Source of the DNA: Octopus vulgaris | Taxonomy: Eukaryota | Assembly: GCA_951406725.2 (NCBI GenBank) | Contig: OX597817.1 | Location: 7,750,001 to 7,814,000, forward strand | DNA length: 64,000 bases | Direction: 5' to 3' | In this document: piece by piece, positions 39,601 through 54,600 of the stretch | How the letters are laid out: each line of letters starts with the position of its first letter | Numbering within the stretch: the stretch's first letter is position 1 | Program-made: the position numbers and the translations under genes | The notes under the pieces: model-generated | The model's database searches: none | Seen by the model: the letters and a program-made list of their open reading frames with translations, nothing else | What the model was told of the DNA's origin: nothing

Positions 39601-42600
39601 ATATTCCTTCATCCCCTTCCTCCCCTTCATCTTCAAATCCCTTTCTCTGGAATGTTTAATATTCCTTTCTTCCCTTCCTCCCCTTCACCTTCAAATCCCC
39701 CTCTCTGGAATGTTTAAATTCCTTCCTTCCCTTCACCTTCAAATCCCCCTCTCTGGAATGTTTGATTTTCCTTCATCCCCTTCCTCCCCTTCACCTTCAA
39801 ATCCCCCTCTCTGAAATGTTTAATATTCCTTCCTCCCCTTCCTCCCCTTCCCCTTCAAATCCCCCTCTCTGGAATGTTTAATATTCCTTCCTTCCCTTCC
39901 TCCCATTCACCTTCAAATCTCCCTCTCTGGAATGTTTGATTTTCCTTCCTCCCCTTCCTCCACTTCACCTTCAAATCCCCTCTCTGGAATGTTTAATATT
40001 CCTTCCTCCCCTTCCTCCCCTTCACCTTCAAATCCCCCTCTCTGGAATGTTTAATATTCCTTCCTCCCCTTCCTCCCCTTCACCTTCAAATCCCCCTCTC
40101 TGGAATGTTTAATATTCCTTCCTTCCCTTCCTCCCCTTCACCTTCAAATCCAGCTCTCTGGAATGTTTAATATTCCTTCCTCCCCTTCCTCCCCTTCACC
40201 TTCAAATCCCCCTCTCTGGAATGTTTAAATTCCTTCCTTCCCTTCACCTTCAAATCCCCCTCTCTGGAATGTATAATATTCCTTCCTTCACTTATTTCCC
40301 TTCACCTTCAAATCCCCCTCTCTGGAATGTTTAATATTCCTTCCTCCCCTTCCTCCCCTTCACCTTCAAATCCCCCTCTCTGGAATGTTTAATATTCCTT
40401 CCTCCCTTCCTCCCCTTCACCTTCAAATCCCCCTCTCTGGAATGTTTAATATTCCTTCCTTCCCTTCCTCCCCTTCACATTCAAATCTCCCTCTCTGGAA
40501 TGTTTGATTTTCCTTCCTTCCCTTCCTCCCCTTCACCTTCAAATCCCCCTCTCTGGAATGTTTAATATTCCTTCCTCCCCTTCCTCCCCTTCACCTTCAA
40601 ATCCCCCTCTCTGGAATGGTTAATATTCCTTCCTTCCCTTCCTCCCTTTCACTTTCAAATCCCCCTCTCTGGAATGTTTGATATTCCTCCCTTCACCTCC
40701 TCCCCTTCACATTCAAATCCCCCTCTCTGGAATGTTTCATATTCCTTCCCTCCCTTCCTCCCCTTCACCTTCAAATCCCCCTCTCTGGAATGTTTAATAT
40801 TCTTTCCTTCCCTTCCTCCCCTTCACCTTCAAATCCCCCTCTCTGGAATATTTAAATTCCTTCCTTCCCTTCACCTTCAAATCCCCCTCTCTGGAATGTT
40901 TAATATTCCTTCCTTCACTTCCTTCCCTTCACCTTCAAATCCCCTCTCTGGAATGTTTAATATTCCTTCCTTCCCTTCCTCCCCTTCACCTTCAAATCCC
41001 CCTCTCTGGAATGTTTAATATTCCTTCCACCCCTTCACCTTCAAATCCCCCTCTCTGGAACGTTTAATATTCCTTCCTTCCCTTCCTCCCCTTCACAATC
41101 AAATCCCCCTCTCTGGAATGTTTAAATTCCTTCCTTCCCTTCACCTTCAAATCCCCCTCTCTGGAATGTTTAATATTCCTTCCTTCACTTCTTTCCCTTC
41201 ACCTTCAAATCCCCCTCTCTGGAATGTTTAATATTCCTTCCTCCCCTTCCTCCCCTTCACCTTCAAATCCCCATCTCTGGAATATTTAATATTCCTTCCT
41301 CCCCTTCCTCCCCTTCACCTTCAAATCCCCCGCTCTGGAATGTTTAATATTCCTTCCTTCCCTTCCTCCCCTTCAACTTCAAATCTTCCTCTCTGGAATG
41401 TTTAAATTCCTTCTTTCCCTTCACCTTCAAATCCCCCTCTCTGGAATGTTTAATATTCCTTCCTTCACTTATTTCCCTTCACCTTCAAATCCCCCTCTCT
41501 GGAATGTTTAATATTCCTTCCTCCTCTTCCTCCCCTTCACATTCAAATCCCCCTCCCTGGAATGTTTAATATTCCTTCCTCCCCTTCCTCCCCTTCACCT
41601 TCAAATCCGCCTCTCTGGAATGTTTAATATTCCTTCCTTCCCTTCCTCCCCTTCACCTTCAAATCCCCCTCTCTGGAATGTTTAAATTCCTTCCTTCCCT
41701 TCACCTTCAAATCCCCCTCTCTGGAATGTTTAATATTCCTTCCTTCACTTATTTCCCTTCACCTTCAAATCCCCCTCTCTGGAATGTTTAATATTCCTTC
41801 CTTCCCTTCCTCCCTTCACCTTCAAATCCCCCTCTCTGGAATGTTTAAATTCCTTCCTTCCCTTCACCTTCAAATCCCCCTCTCTGGAATGTGTGATATT
41901 CCTTCCTTCCCTTCCTCCCTTTCACCTTCAAATGCCCCTCTCTGGAATGTTTAATATTCCTTCCTTCCCTTCCTCCCCTTCACCTTTTAATCCCCCTCTC
42001 TGGAATGTTTAATATTTCCCTCCTTCCCATCCTTCCCTTCACCTTCAAATCCCCCTCTCTGGAATGTATAATATTCCTTCCTTCACTTATTTCCCTTCAC
42101 CTTCAAATCCCCCTCTCTGGAATGTTTAATATTCCTTCCTTCCCTTCCTCCCCTTCACCTTCAAATCCCCCTCTCTGGAATGTTTAATATTCCTTCCTCC
42201 CCTTCCTCCCCTTCACCTTCAAATCCTCCTCTCTGGAATGTTTAATATTCCTTCCTCCCCTTCCTCCCCTTCACCTTCAAATCCCCTCTCTGGAATGTTT
42301 AATATTCCTTCCTTCCCTTCCTCCCCTTCACCTTCAAATCCCCCTCTCTGGAATGTTTAAATTACTTCCTTCCCTTCACCTTCAAATCCCCCTCTCTGGA
42401 ATGTTTGATTTTCCTTCCTCCCCTTCCTCCCCTTCACCTTCAAATCCCCCTCTCTGGAATTTTTAATATTCCTTCCTTCCCTTCCTCCAATTCACCTTCA
42501 AATCTCCCTCTCTGGAATGTTTGATTTTCCTTCCTCCCCTTCCTCCCCTTCATCTTCAAATCCCCCTCTCTGGAATGTTTAATATTCCTTCCTCTCCTTC

Positions 42601-45600
42601 ATCCCCTTCACCTTCAAATCCCCCTCTCTGGAATGTTTAATATTCCTTCCTTCCCTTCCCTCCTTCACCTTCACATCCCCCTCTCTGGAATGTTTAATAT
42701 TTCCCTCCTTCCCTTCCTCCCTTCACCTTCAAATCCCCCTCTCTGGAATGTTTGATATTCCTTCCTCCCCTTCCTCCCCTTCACCTTCAAATCCCCCTCT
42801 CTGCAATGTTTAATATTCCTTCCTCCCCTTCCTCCCCTTCACCTTCAAATCCCCCTCTCTGGAATGTTTAATATTCCTTCCTTCCCTTCCTCCCCTTCAT
42901 CTTCAAATCCCCCTCTCTGGAATGTTTGATATTCCTTCCTCCCCTTCCTCCCCTTCACCTTCAAATCCCCCTCTGGAATGTTTAATATTCCTTCCTTCCC
43001 TTCCTCCCTTCACATTCAAATCCCCTCTCTGGAATATTTGATACTCCTTCCTCCCCTTCCTCCCCATCACCTTCAAATCCCCCTCTCTGGAATGTTTAAT
43101 ATTCCTTCATCCCCTTCCTCCCTTCATCTTCAAATCCCTTTCTCTGGAATGTTTAATATTCCTTTCTTCCCTTCCTCCCCTTCACCTTCAAATCTCTCTG
43201 GAATGTTTAAATTCCTTCCTTCCCTTCACCTTCAAATCCCCCTCTCTGGAATGTTTAATATTCCTTCCTTCCCTTCCTCCCCTTCACCTTCAAATCCAGC
43301 TCTCTGGAATGTTTAATATTCCTTCCTCCCCTTCCTCCCCTTCACCTTCAAATCCCCTCTCTGGAATGTTTAAATTCCTTCCTTCCCTTCACCTTCAAAT
43401 CCCCTCTCTGGAATGTATAATATTCCTTCCTTCACTTATTTCCCTTCACTTTCAAATCCCCCTCTCTGGAATGTTTAATATTCCTTCCTCCCCTTCCTCC
43501 CCTTCACCTTCAAATCCCCCTCTCTGGAATGTTTAATATTCCTTCCGCTCCTTCCTCCCCTTCACCTTCAAATCCCCCTCTCTGGAATGTTTAATATTCC
43601 TTCCTTCCCTTCCTCCCCTTCACATTCAAATCTCCCTCTCTGGAATGTTTGATTTTCCTTCCTTCCCTTCCTCCCCTTCACCTTCAAATCCCCCTCTCTG
43701 GAATGTTTAATATTCCTTCCTCCCCTTCCTCCCTTCACCTTCAAATCCCCCTCTCTGGAATGGTTAATATTCCTTCCTTCCCTTCCTCCCTTTCACTTTC
43801 AAATCCCCCTCTCTGGAATGTTTGATATTCCTCCCTTCACCTCCTCCCCTTCACATTCAAATCCCCCTCTCTGGAATGTTTCATATTCCTTCCTCCCCTT
43901 CCTCCCCTTCACCTTCAAATCCCCCTCTCTGGAATGTTTAATATTCTTTCCTTCCCTTCCTCCCCTTCACCTTCAAATCCCCCTCTCTGGAATATTTAAA
44001 TTCCTTCCTTCCCTACTCCTTCAAATCCCCCTCTCTGGAATGTTTAATATTCCTTCCTTCACTTCCTTCCCTTCACCTTCAAATCCCCCTCTCTGGAATG
44101 TTTAATATTCCTTCCTTCCCTTCCTCCCCTTCACCTTCAAATCCCCCTCTCTGGAATGTTTAATATTCCTTCCACCCTTCACCTTCAAATCCCCCTCTCT
44201 GGAACGTTTAATATTCCTTCCTTCCCTTCCTCCCCTTCACGATCAAATCCCCTCTCTGGAATGTTTAAATTCCTTCCTTCCCTTCACCTTCAAATCCCCC
44301 TCTCTGGAATGTTTAATATTCCTTCCTTCACTTCTTCCCTTCACCTTCAAATCACCCTCTCTGGAATGTTTAATATTCCTTCCTCCCCTTCCTCCCCTTC
44401 ACCTTCAAATCCCCATCTCTGGAATATTTAATATTCCTTCCTCCCCTTCCTCCCCTTCACCTTCAAATCCCCCGCTCTGGAATGTTTAATATTCCTTCCT
44501 TCCCTTCCTCCCCTTCAACTTCAAATCTTTCTCTCTGGAATGTTTAAATTCCTTCTTTCCCTTCACCTTCAAATCCCCCTCTCTGGAATGTTTAATATTC
44601 CTTCCTTCACTTATTTCCCTTCACCTTCAAATCCCCCTCTCTGGAATGTTTAATATTCCTTCCTCCTCTTCCTCCCCTTCACATTCAAATCCCCCTCCCT
44701 GGAATGTTTAATATTCCTTCCTCCCCTTCCTCCCCTTCACCTTCAAATCCGCCTCTCTGGAATGTTTAATATTCCTTCCTTCCCTTCCTCCCCTTCACAT
44801 TCAAATCTCCCTCTCTGGAATGTTTAATATTCCTTCCTTCCCTTCACCTTCAAATCCCCCTCTCTGGAATGTGTGATATTCCTTCCTTCCCTTCCTCCCT
44901 TTCACCTTCAAATGCCCCTCTCTGGAATGTTTAATATTCCTTCCTTCCCTTCCTCCCCTTCACCTTCAAATCCCCCTCTCTGGAATGTTTAATATTTCCC
45001 TCCTTCCCATCCTTCCCTTCACCTTCAAATCCCCCTCTCTGGAATGTATAATATTCCTTCCTTCACTTATTTCCCTTCACCTTCAAATCCCCCTCTCTGG
45101 AATGTTTAATGTTCCTTCCTCCCCTTCCTCCCCTTCACCTTCAAATCCCCCTCTCTGGAATGTTTAAATTCCCTTCCTTCCCCTTCACCTTCAAATCCCC
45201 CTCTCTGGAATGTGTGATATTCCTTCCTTCCCTTCCTCCCTTTCACCTTCAAATGCCCCCTCTCTGGAATGTTTAATATTCCTTCCTTCCCTTCCTCCCC
45301 TTCACCTTTTAATCCCCCTCTCTGGAATGTTTAATATTTCCCTCCTTCCCATCCTTCCCTTCACCTTCAAATCCCCCTCTCTGGAATGTATAATATTCCT
45401 TCCTTCACTTATTTCCCTTCACCTTCAAATCCCCCTCTCTGGAATGTTTAATATTCCTTCCTCCCCTTCCTCCCCTTCACCTTCAAATCCCCCTCTCTGG
45501 AATGTTTAATATTCCTTCCTTCCCTTCCTCCCCTTCACCTTCAAATCCCCCTCTCTGGAATGTTTAATATTCCTTCCTCCCCTTCCTCCCCTTCACCTTC

Positions 45601-48600
45601 AAATCCCCCTCTCTGGAATGTTTAATATTCCTTCCTTCCCTTCCTCCCCTTCACCTTCAAATCCCCCTCTCTGGAATGTTTAAATTCCTTCCTTCCCTTC
45701 ACCTTCAAATCCCCCTCTCTGGAATGTTTGATTTTCCTTCCTCCCCTTCCTCCCCTTCACCTTCAAATCCCCCTCTCTGGAATTTTTAATATTCCTTCCT
45801 TCCCTTCCTCCAATTCACCTTCAAATCTCCCTCTCTGGAATGTTTGATTTTCCTTCCTCCCCTTCCTCCCCTTCATCTTCAAATCCCCTCTCTGGAATGT
45901 TTAATATTCCTTCCTCTCCTTCATCCCCTTCACATTCAAATCCCCCTCTCTGGAATGTTTAATATTCCTTCCTTCCCTTCCTCCCCTTCACCTTCACATC
46001 CCCCTCTCTGGAATGTTTAATATTTCCTTCCATCCCTTCCTCCCTTCACCTTCAAATCCCTCTCTGGAATGTTTGATATTCCTTCCTCCCCTTCCTCCCC
46101 TTCACCTTCAAATCCCCCTCTCTGCAATGTTTAATATTCCTTCCATCCCTTCCTCCCCTTCACCTTCAAATCCCCCTCTCTGCAATGTTTAATATTCCTT
46201 CCTTCCCTTCCTCCCCTTCATCTTCAAATCCCCCTCTCTGGAATGTTTGATATTCCTTCCTCCCCTTCCTCCCCTTCACCTTCAAATCCCCCTCTGGAAT
46301 GTTTAATATTCCTTCCTTCCCTTCCTCCCCTTCACCTTCAAATCCCCCTCTCTGGAATGTTTAATATTCCTTCCTCCCCTTCCTCCCCTTCACCTTCAAA
46401 TCCCCCTCTCTGGAATGTTTAATATTCCTTCCATCCCTTCCTCCCCTTCACCTTCAAATCCCCCTCTCTGGAATGTTTAATATTCCTTCCATCCCTTCCT
46501 CCACTTCACCTTCAAATCCCCCTCTCTGGAATGTTTAATATTCCTTCCATCCCTTCCTCCCCTTCACCTTCAAATCCCCTCTCTGGAATGTTTAATATTC
46601 CTTCTTCCCCTTCCTCCCCTTCACCTTCAAATCCCCCTCTCTGGAATGTTTAATATTCCTTCCTAACCTTCACCTTCAAATCCCCCTCTCTGAAATGTTG
46701 ATATTCCTTCCTCCCTTCCTCCCCTTCACCTTCAAATCCCCCTCTCTGGAATGTTTAATATTCCTTCCATTCCCTTCCTCCCCTTCACCTTCAAATCCCC
46801 CTCTCTGGAATGTTTAATATTCCTTCCTTCCCCTTCCTCCCCTTCACCTTCAAATCCCCCTCTCTGGAATGTTTAATATTCCTTCCTTCCTCCCCTTCAC
46901 CTTCAAATCCCCCTCTCTGGAATGTTTAATATTCCTTCCTTCCCTTCCTCCCCTTCTCCTTCAAATCCCCCTCTCTGGAATGTTTAATATTCCTTCCATC
47001 CCTTCCTCCCCTTCACCTTCAAATCCCCCTCTCTGGAATGTTTAATATTCCTTCCTTCCCCTTCCTCCCCTTCACCTTCAAATCCCCCTCTCTGGAATGT
47101 TTAATATTCCTTCCTTCCCTTCCTCCCTTCACCTTCAAATCCCCCTCTCTGGAATGTTTAATATTCCTTCCTTCCTTCCTCCCTTCACCTTCAAATCCCC
47201 CTCTCTGGAATGTTTAATCCTTCCTTCCTTCCCTTCTCCCCTTCACCTTCAAATCCCCCTCTCTGGAATGTTTAATATTCCTTCCTCCCCTTCCTCCCCT
47301 TCACCTTCAAATCCCCCTCTCTGGAATGTTTAATATTCCTTCCTTCCCTTCCTCCCCTTCACCTTCAAATCCCCCTCTCTGGAATGTTTAATATTCCTTC
47401 CTTCCCTTCCTCCCTTCACCTTCAAATCCCCCTCTCTGGAATGTTTAATATTCCTTCCTTCCCTTCCTCCCTTCACCTTCAAATCCCCCTCTCTGGAATG
47501 TTTAATATTCCTTCCTTCCCTTCCTCCCCTTCACCTTCAAATCCCCCTCTCTGGAATGTTTGATATTCCTTCCTTCCCTTCCTCCCTTCACCTTCAAATC
47601 CCCCTCTCTGGAATGTTTAATATTCTTTCCTTCCCTTCCTCCCCTTCACCTTCAAATCCCCCTCTCTGGAATGTTTAATATTCCTTCCTTCCCTTCCTCC
47701 CCTTCACCTTCAAATCCCACTCTCTGGAATGTTTAATATTCCTTCCATCCCTTCCTCCCCTTCACCTTCAAATCCCCCTCTCTGGAATGTTTAATATTCC
47801 TTCCATCCCTTCCTCCCCTTCACCTTCAAATCCCCCTCTCTGGAATGTTTAATATTCCTTCCATCCCTTTCCCCCTTCACCTTCAAATCCCCCTCTCTGG
47901 AATGTTTAATATTCCTTCCATCCCTTCCTCCACTTCACCTTCAAATCCCCCTCTCTGGAATGTTTAATATTCCTTCCTTCCCTTCCTCCCCTTCACCTTC
48001 AAATCCCCCTCTCTGGAATGTTTAATATTCCTTCCATTCCTTCCTCCCCTTCACCTTCAAATCCCCCTCTCTGGAATGTTTAATATTCCTTCTTCCCCTT
48101 CCTCCCCTTCACCTTCAAATCCCCCTCTCTGGAATGTTTAATATTCCTTCCTCCCCTTCCTCCCCTTCACCTTCAAATCCCCCTCTCTGGAATGTTTAAT
48201 ATTCCTTCCTTCCCTTCCTCCCCTTCACCTTCAAATCCCCCTCTCTGGAATGTTTAATATTCCTTCATTCCCTTCCTCCCCTTCACCTTCAAATCCCCTC
48301 TCTGGAATGTTTAATATTCCTTCCATCCCTTCCTCCCCTTCACCTTCAAATCCCCCTCTCTGGAATGTTTAATATTCCTTCCTCCCCTTCACCTTCAAAT
48401 CTCCCTCTCTGGAATGTTTAATATTCCTTCCTCCCCTTCCTCCCCTTCACCTTCAAATCCCCCTCTCTGGAATGTTTAATATTCCTTCCTCCCCTTCCTC
48501 CCCTTCACCTTCAAATCCCCCTCTCTGGAATGTTTAATATTCCTTCCTCCCCTTCCTCCCCTTCACCTTCAAATCCCCCTCTGGAATGACCTTCAAATCC

Positions 48601-51600
48601 CCCTCTCTGGAATGTTTAATATTCCTTCCTTCCCTTCCTCCCCTTCACCTTCAAATCCCCCTCTCTGGAATGTTTAATATTCCTTCCTTCACTTCCTCCC
48701 CATCACCTTCAAATCCCCCTCTCTGGAATGTTTAATATTCCTTCCTCCCTTCCTCCCCTTCACCTTCAAATCCCCTCTCTGGAATGTTTAATATTCCTTC
48801 CTTCCCTTCCTCCCTTCACCTTCAAATCCCCCTCTGGAATGTTTAATATTCCTTCCATCCCTTCCTCCCCTTCACCTTCAAATCCCCCTCTCTGGAATGT
48901 TTAATATTCCTTCCTCCCTTCCTCCCCTTCACCTTCAAATCCCCCTCTCTGGAATGTTTAATATTCCTTCCTCCCCTTCCTCCCCTTCACCTTCAAATCC
49001 CCCTCTCTGGAATGTTTGATATTCCTTCCTTCCCTTCCTCCCCTTCACCTTCAAATCCCCCTCTCTGGAATGTTTAATATTCCTTCCTCCCTTCCTCCCC
49101 CCTTCACCTTCAAATCCCCCTCTCTGGAATGTTTAATATTCCTTCCTCCCCTTCCTCCCCTTCACCTTCAAATCCCCCTCTCTGGAATGTTTAATATTCC
49201 TTCCTTCCCTTCCTCCTTTTCATCTTCAAATCCCCCTCTCTGGAATGTTTCATTTTTCTTCCTTCCCTTCCTCCCCTTCACCTTCAAATCCCCCTCTCTG
49301 GAATGTTTAATATTCCTTCCTTCCCTTCCTCCTTCACCTTCAAATCCCCCTCTCTGGAATGTTTAATATTCCTTCCTTCCCTTCCTCCCCTTCACCTTCA
49401 AATCCCCCTCTCTGGAATGTTTAATATTCCTTCCTTCCCTTCCTCCCCTTCACCTTCAAATCCCCCTCTCTGGAATGTTTAATATTCCTTCCTCCCCTTC
49501 CTTCCTTCACCTTCAAATCCCCCTCTCTGGAATGTTCAATATTCCTTCCTCCCGTTCCTCCCCTCACCTTCAAATCCCCCTCTCTGGAATGTTTAATATT
49601 CCTTCCGTTCCTTCCTCCCCTTCACCTTCAAATCCCCCTCTCTGGAATGTTTAATATTCCTTCCCTTCCTCCCTTTCACCTTCAAATGCCCCTCTCTGGA
49701 ATGTTTAATATTCCTTCCTTCCCTTCCTCCCCTTCACCTTCAAATCCCCCTCTCTGGAATGTTTAATATTCCCTCCTTCACTTCCTCCCCTTCACCTTCA
49801 AATCCCCCTCTCTGGAATGTTTAATATTCTTTCCTCTCCTTCCTCCCCTTCACCTTCAAATCCCCCTCTCTGGAATGTTTAATATTCCTTCCTCCCCTTC
49901 CTCCCCTTCACCTTCATATCCCCCTCTCTGGAATGTTTTATATTCCTTCCTCCCTTCCTCCCCTTCACCTTCAAATCCCCCTCTCTGGAATATTTAATAT
50001 TCCTTCCTTCCCTTCCTCCCCTTCACCTTCAAATCCCCCTCTCTGGAATGTTTAATATTCCTTCCATCCCTTCCTCCCCTTCACCTTCAAATCCCCCTCT
50101 CTGGAATGTTTAATATTCCTTCCTCCCCTTCACCTTCAAATCCCCCTCTCTGGAATGTTTAATATTCCTTCCATCCCTTCCTCCCCTTCACCTTCAAATC
50201 CCCCTCTCTGGAATGTTTAATATTCCTTCCTCCCCTTCCTCCCCTTCACCTTCAAATCCCCCTCTCTGGAATGTTTAATATTCCTTCCTTCCCTTCCTCC
50301 CCTTCACCTTCAAATCCCCCTCTCTGGAATGTTTAATATTCCTTCCTTCCCTTCCTCCCCTTCACCTTCAAATCCCCTCTCTGGAATGTTTAATATTCCT
50401 TCCACCCCTTCACCTTCAAATCCCCCTCTCTGGAATGTTTAATATTCCTTCCTTCCCTTCCTCCCCTTCACCTTCAAATCCCCCTCTCTGGAATGTTTAA
50501 TATTCCTTCCTTCCCTTCCTCCCCTTCACCTTCAAATCCCCCTCTCTGGAATGTTTAATATTCCTTCCTTCCCTTCACCTTCAAATCCCCCTCTCTGGAA
50601 TGTTTAATATTCCTTCCTTCCCTTCCTCCCCTTCACCTTCAAATCCCCTCTCTGGAATGTTTAATATTCCTTCCTTCCCTTCACCTTCAAATCCCCCTCT
50701 CTGGAATGTTTAATATTCCTTCCTTCCCTTCCTCCCCTTCACCTTCAAATCCCCCTCTCTGGAATGTTTAATATTCCTTCCTCTCCTTCCTCCCCTTCAC
50801 CTTCAAATCCCCCTCTCTGGAATGTTTAATATTCCTTCCATCCCTTCCTCCCCTTCACCTTCAAATCCCCCTCTCTGGAATGTTTAATATTCCTTCCATC
50901 CCTTCCCTCCCCTTCACCTTCAAATCCCCCTCTCTGGAATGTTTAATATTCCTTCCCTTCCCTTCACCTTCAAATCCCCCTCTCTGGAATGTTTAATATT
51001 CCTTCCTCCCCTTCCAACCCTTCACCTTCAAATCCCCCTCTCTGGAATGTTTAATATTCCTTCCTTCCCTTCCTCACCTTCACCTTCAAATCCCCCTCTC
51101 TGGAATGTTTAATATTCCTTCCTTCCCTTCCTCCCCTTCACCTTCAAATCCCCCTCTCTGGAATGTTTAATATTCCTTCCTTCCCTTCCTCCCCTTCACC
51201 TTCAAATCCCCCTCTCTGGAATGTTTGAATATTCCTTCCTCCCTTCCTCCCCTCACCTTCAAATCCCCCTCTCTGGAATGTTTAATATTCCTTCCTTCCC
51301 TTCCTCCCCTTCACCTTCAAATCCCCCTCTCTGAATGTTTAATATTCCTTCCTTCCCTTCCTCCCCTTCACCTTCAAATCCCCCTCTCTGGAATGTTTAA
51401 TATTCCTTCCTTCCCTTCCTCCCCTTCACCTTCAATTCCCCCTCTCTGGAATGTTTAATATTCCTTCCTTCCCTTCCTTCCCCTTCACCTTCAAATCCCC
51501 CTCTCTGGAATGTTTAATATTCCTTCCATCCCTTCCTCCCCTTCACCTTCAAATCCCCCTCTCTGGAATGTTTAATATTCCTTCCTCCCCTTCCTCCGCT

Positions 51601-54600
51601 TCACCTTCAGATCCCCCTCTCTGGAATGTTTAATATTCCTTCCTTCCCTTCCTCCCCTTCACCTTCAAATCACCCTCTCTGGAATGTTTAATATTCCTTC
51701 CTTCCCTTCCTCCCCTTCACCTTCAAATCCCCCTCTCTGGAATGTTTAATATTCCTTCCTTCCCTTCCTCCCCTTCACCTTCAAATCCCCCTCTCTGGAA
51801 TGTTTAATATTCCTTCCTTCCCTTCCTCCCCTTCACCTTCAAATCCCCCTCTCTGGAATGTTTAAATTCCTTCCTTTCCCTTCACCTTCAAATCCCCCTC
51901 TCTGGAATGTTCAATATTCCTTCCTCCCCTTCCATTCCTCCACCTTCAAATCCCCCTCTCTGGAATGTTTAATATTCCTTCCATCCCTTCCTCCCTTTCA
52001 CCTTCAAATCCCCCTCTCTGGAATGTTTAATATTCCTTCCCTCCCCTTCCTCCCCTTCACCTTCAAATCCCCCTCTCTGGAATGTTTAATATTCCTTCCA
52101 TCCCTTCCTGCCCTTCACCTTCAAATCCCCCTCTCTGGAATGTTTAATATTCCTTCCATCCCTTCCTCCCCTTCACCTTCAAATCCCCTCTCTGGAATGT
52201 TTAATATTCCTTCCTCCCCTTCCTCCCCTTCACCTTCAAATCCCCCTCTCTGGAATGTTTAATATTCCTTCCTCCCCTTCCTCCCCTTCACCTTCAAATC
52301 CCCCTCTCTGGAATGTTTAATATTCCTTCCTCCCCTTCCTCCCCTTCACCTTCAAATCCCCCTCTCTGGAATGTTTAATATTCCTTCCATCCCTTCCTCC
52401 CCTTCACCTTCAAATCCCCCTCTCTGGAATGTTTAATATTCTTCCTTCCATTCCTCCCCTTCACCTTCAAATCCCCCTCTCTGGAATGTTTAATATTCCT
52501 TCCATCCCTTCCTCCCCTTCACCTTCAAATCCCCCTCTCTGGAATGTTTAATATTCCTTCCTTCCCTTCACCTTCAAATCCCCCTCTCTGGAATGTTTAA
52601 TATTCCTTCCTTCCCTTCCTCCCCTTCACCTTCAAATCCCCCTCTCTGGAATGTTTAATATTCCTTCCTCCCCTTCCTCCCCTTCACCTTCAAATCCCCC
52701 TCTCTGGAATGTTTAATATTCCTTCCTTCCCTTCCTCCCCTTCACCTTCAAATCCCCCTCTCTGGAATGTTTAATATTCCTTCCTCCCCTTCCTCCCCTT
52801 CACCTTCAAATCCCCCTCTCTGGAATGTTTAATATTCCTTCCTTCCCCTTCCTCCCCTTCACCTTCAAATCCCCCTCTCTGGAATGTTTAATATTCCTTC
52901 CTCCCTTCCTCCCCTTCACCTTCAAATCCCCCTCTCTGGAATGTTTAATATTCCTTCCTCCCCTTCCTCCCCTTCACCTTCAAATCCCCCTCTCTGGAAT
53001 GTTTAATATTCCTTCCTCCCTTCCTCCCCTTCACCTTCAAATCCCCCTCTCTGGAATGTTTAATATTCCTTCCATCCCTTCCTCCCCTTCACCTTCAAAT
53101 CCCCCTCTCTGGAATGTTTAATATTCCTTCCTCCCCTTCCTCCCCGTCACCTTCAAATCCCCCTCTCTGGAATGTTTAATATTCCTTCCTCCCCTTCCTC
53201 CCCTTCACCTTCAAATCCCCCTCTCTGGAATGTTTAATATTCCTTCCTCCCCTTCCTCCCCTTCACCTTCAAATCCCCCTCTCTGGAATGTTTAATATTC
53301 CTTCCATCCCTTCCTCCCATTCACCTTCAAATCCCCCTCTCTGGAATGTTTAATTTTCCTTCCTCCCCTTCCTCCCCTTCACCTTCAAATCCCCCTCTCT
53401 GGAATGTTTAATATTCCTTCCATCCCTTCCTCCCCTTCACCTTCAAATCCCCCTCTCTTGAATGTTTAATATTCCTTCCTCCCCTTCCTCCCCTTCACCT
53501 TCAAATCCCCCTCTCTGGAATGTTTAATATTCCTTCCTCCCCTTCCTCCCCTTCACCTTCAAATCCCCCTCTCTGGAATGTTTAATATTCCTTCAATCAC
53601 TTCCTCCCCTTCACCTTCAAATCCCCCTCTCTGGAATGTTTAATATTCCTTCCATCCCTTCCTCCCCTTCACCTTCAAATCCCCCTCTGGAATGTTTAAT
53701 ATTCCTTCCTCCCCTTCCTCCCCTTCACCTTCAAATCCCCCTCTCTGGAATGTTTAATATTCCTTCCTCCCCTTCCTCCCCTTCACCTTCAAATCCCCCT
53801 CTCTGGAATGTTTAATATTCCTTCCTTCCCTTCCTCCCCTTCACCTTCAAATCCCCCTCTCTGGAATGTTTAATATTCCTTCCTTCACTTCCTCCCCTTC
53901 ACCTTCAAATCCCCCTCTCTGGAATGTTTGATATTCCTCTCTTCCCTTCCTCCCTTTCACCTCTAAATCCCGCTCTCTGGAATGTTTGATATTCCTTCCT
54001 CCCCTTCCTCCCCTTCACCTTCAAATCCCCCTCTCTGGAATGTTTTATATTCCTTCCTCCCCTTCCTCCCCTTCACCTTCAAATCCCCCTCTCTGGAATG
54101 TTTAATATTCCTTCCTCCCCTTCCTCCCCTTCACATTCAAATCCCCCTCTCTGGAATGTTTAATATTCCTTCCTTCCCCTTCCTCCTTTTCATCTTCAAA
54201 TCCCCCTCTCTGGAATGTTTAATTTTCCTTCCTTCCATTCCTCCCCTTCACCTTCAAATCCCCCTCTCTGGAATGTTTATTATTCCTTCCTTCCCTTCCT
54301 CCCCTTCACCTTCAAATCCCCCTCTCTGGAATGTTTAATATTCCTTCCATCCCTTCCTCCCCTTCACCTTCAAATCCCCCTCTCTGGAATGTTTAATATT
54401 CCTTCCTTCCCTTCCTTCCCTTCACCTTCAAATCCCCCTCTCTGGAATGTTTAATATTCCTTCCTCCCCTTCCTCCCCTTCACCTTCAAATCCCCCTCTC
54501 TGGAATGTTTAATATTCCTTCCTCCCCTTCCTCCCCTTCACCTTCAAATCCCCCTCTCTGGAATGTTTAATATTCCTTCCTTCCCTTTCTCCCCTTCACA

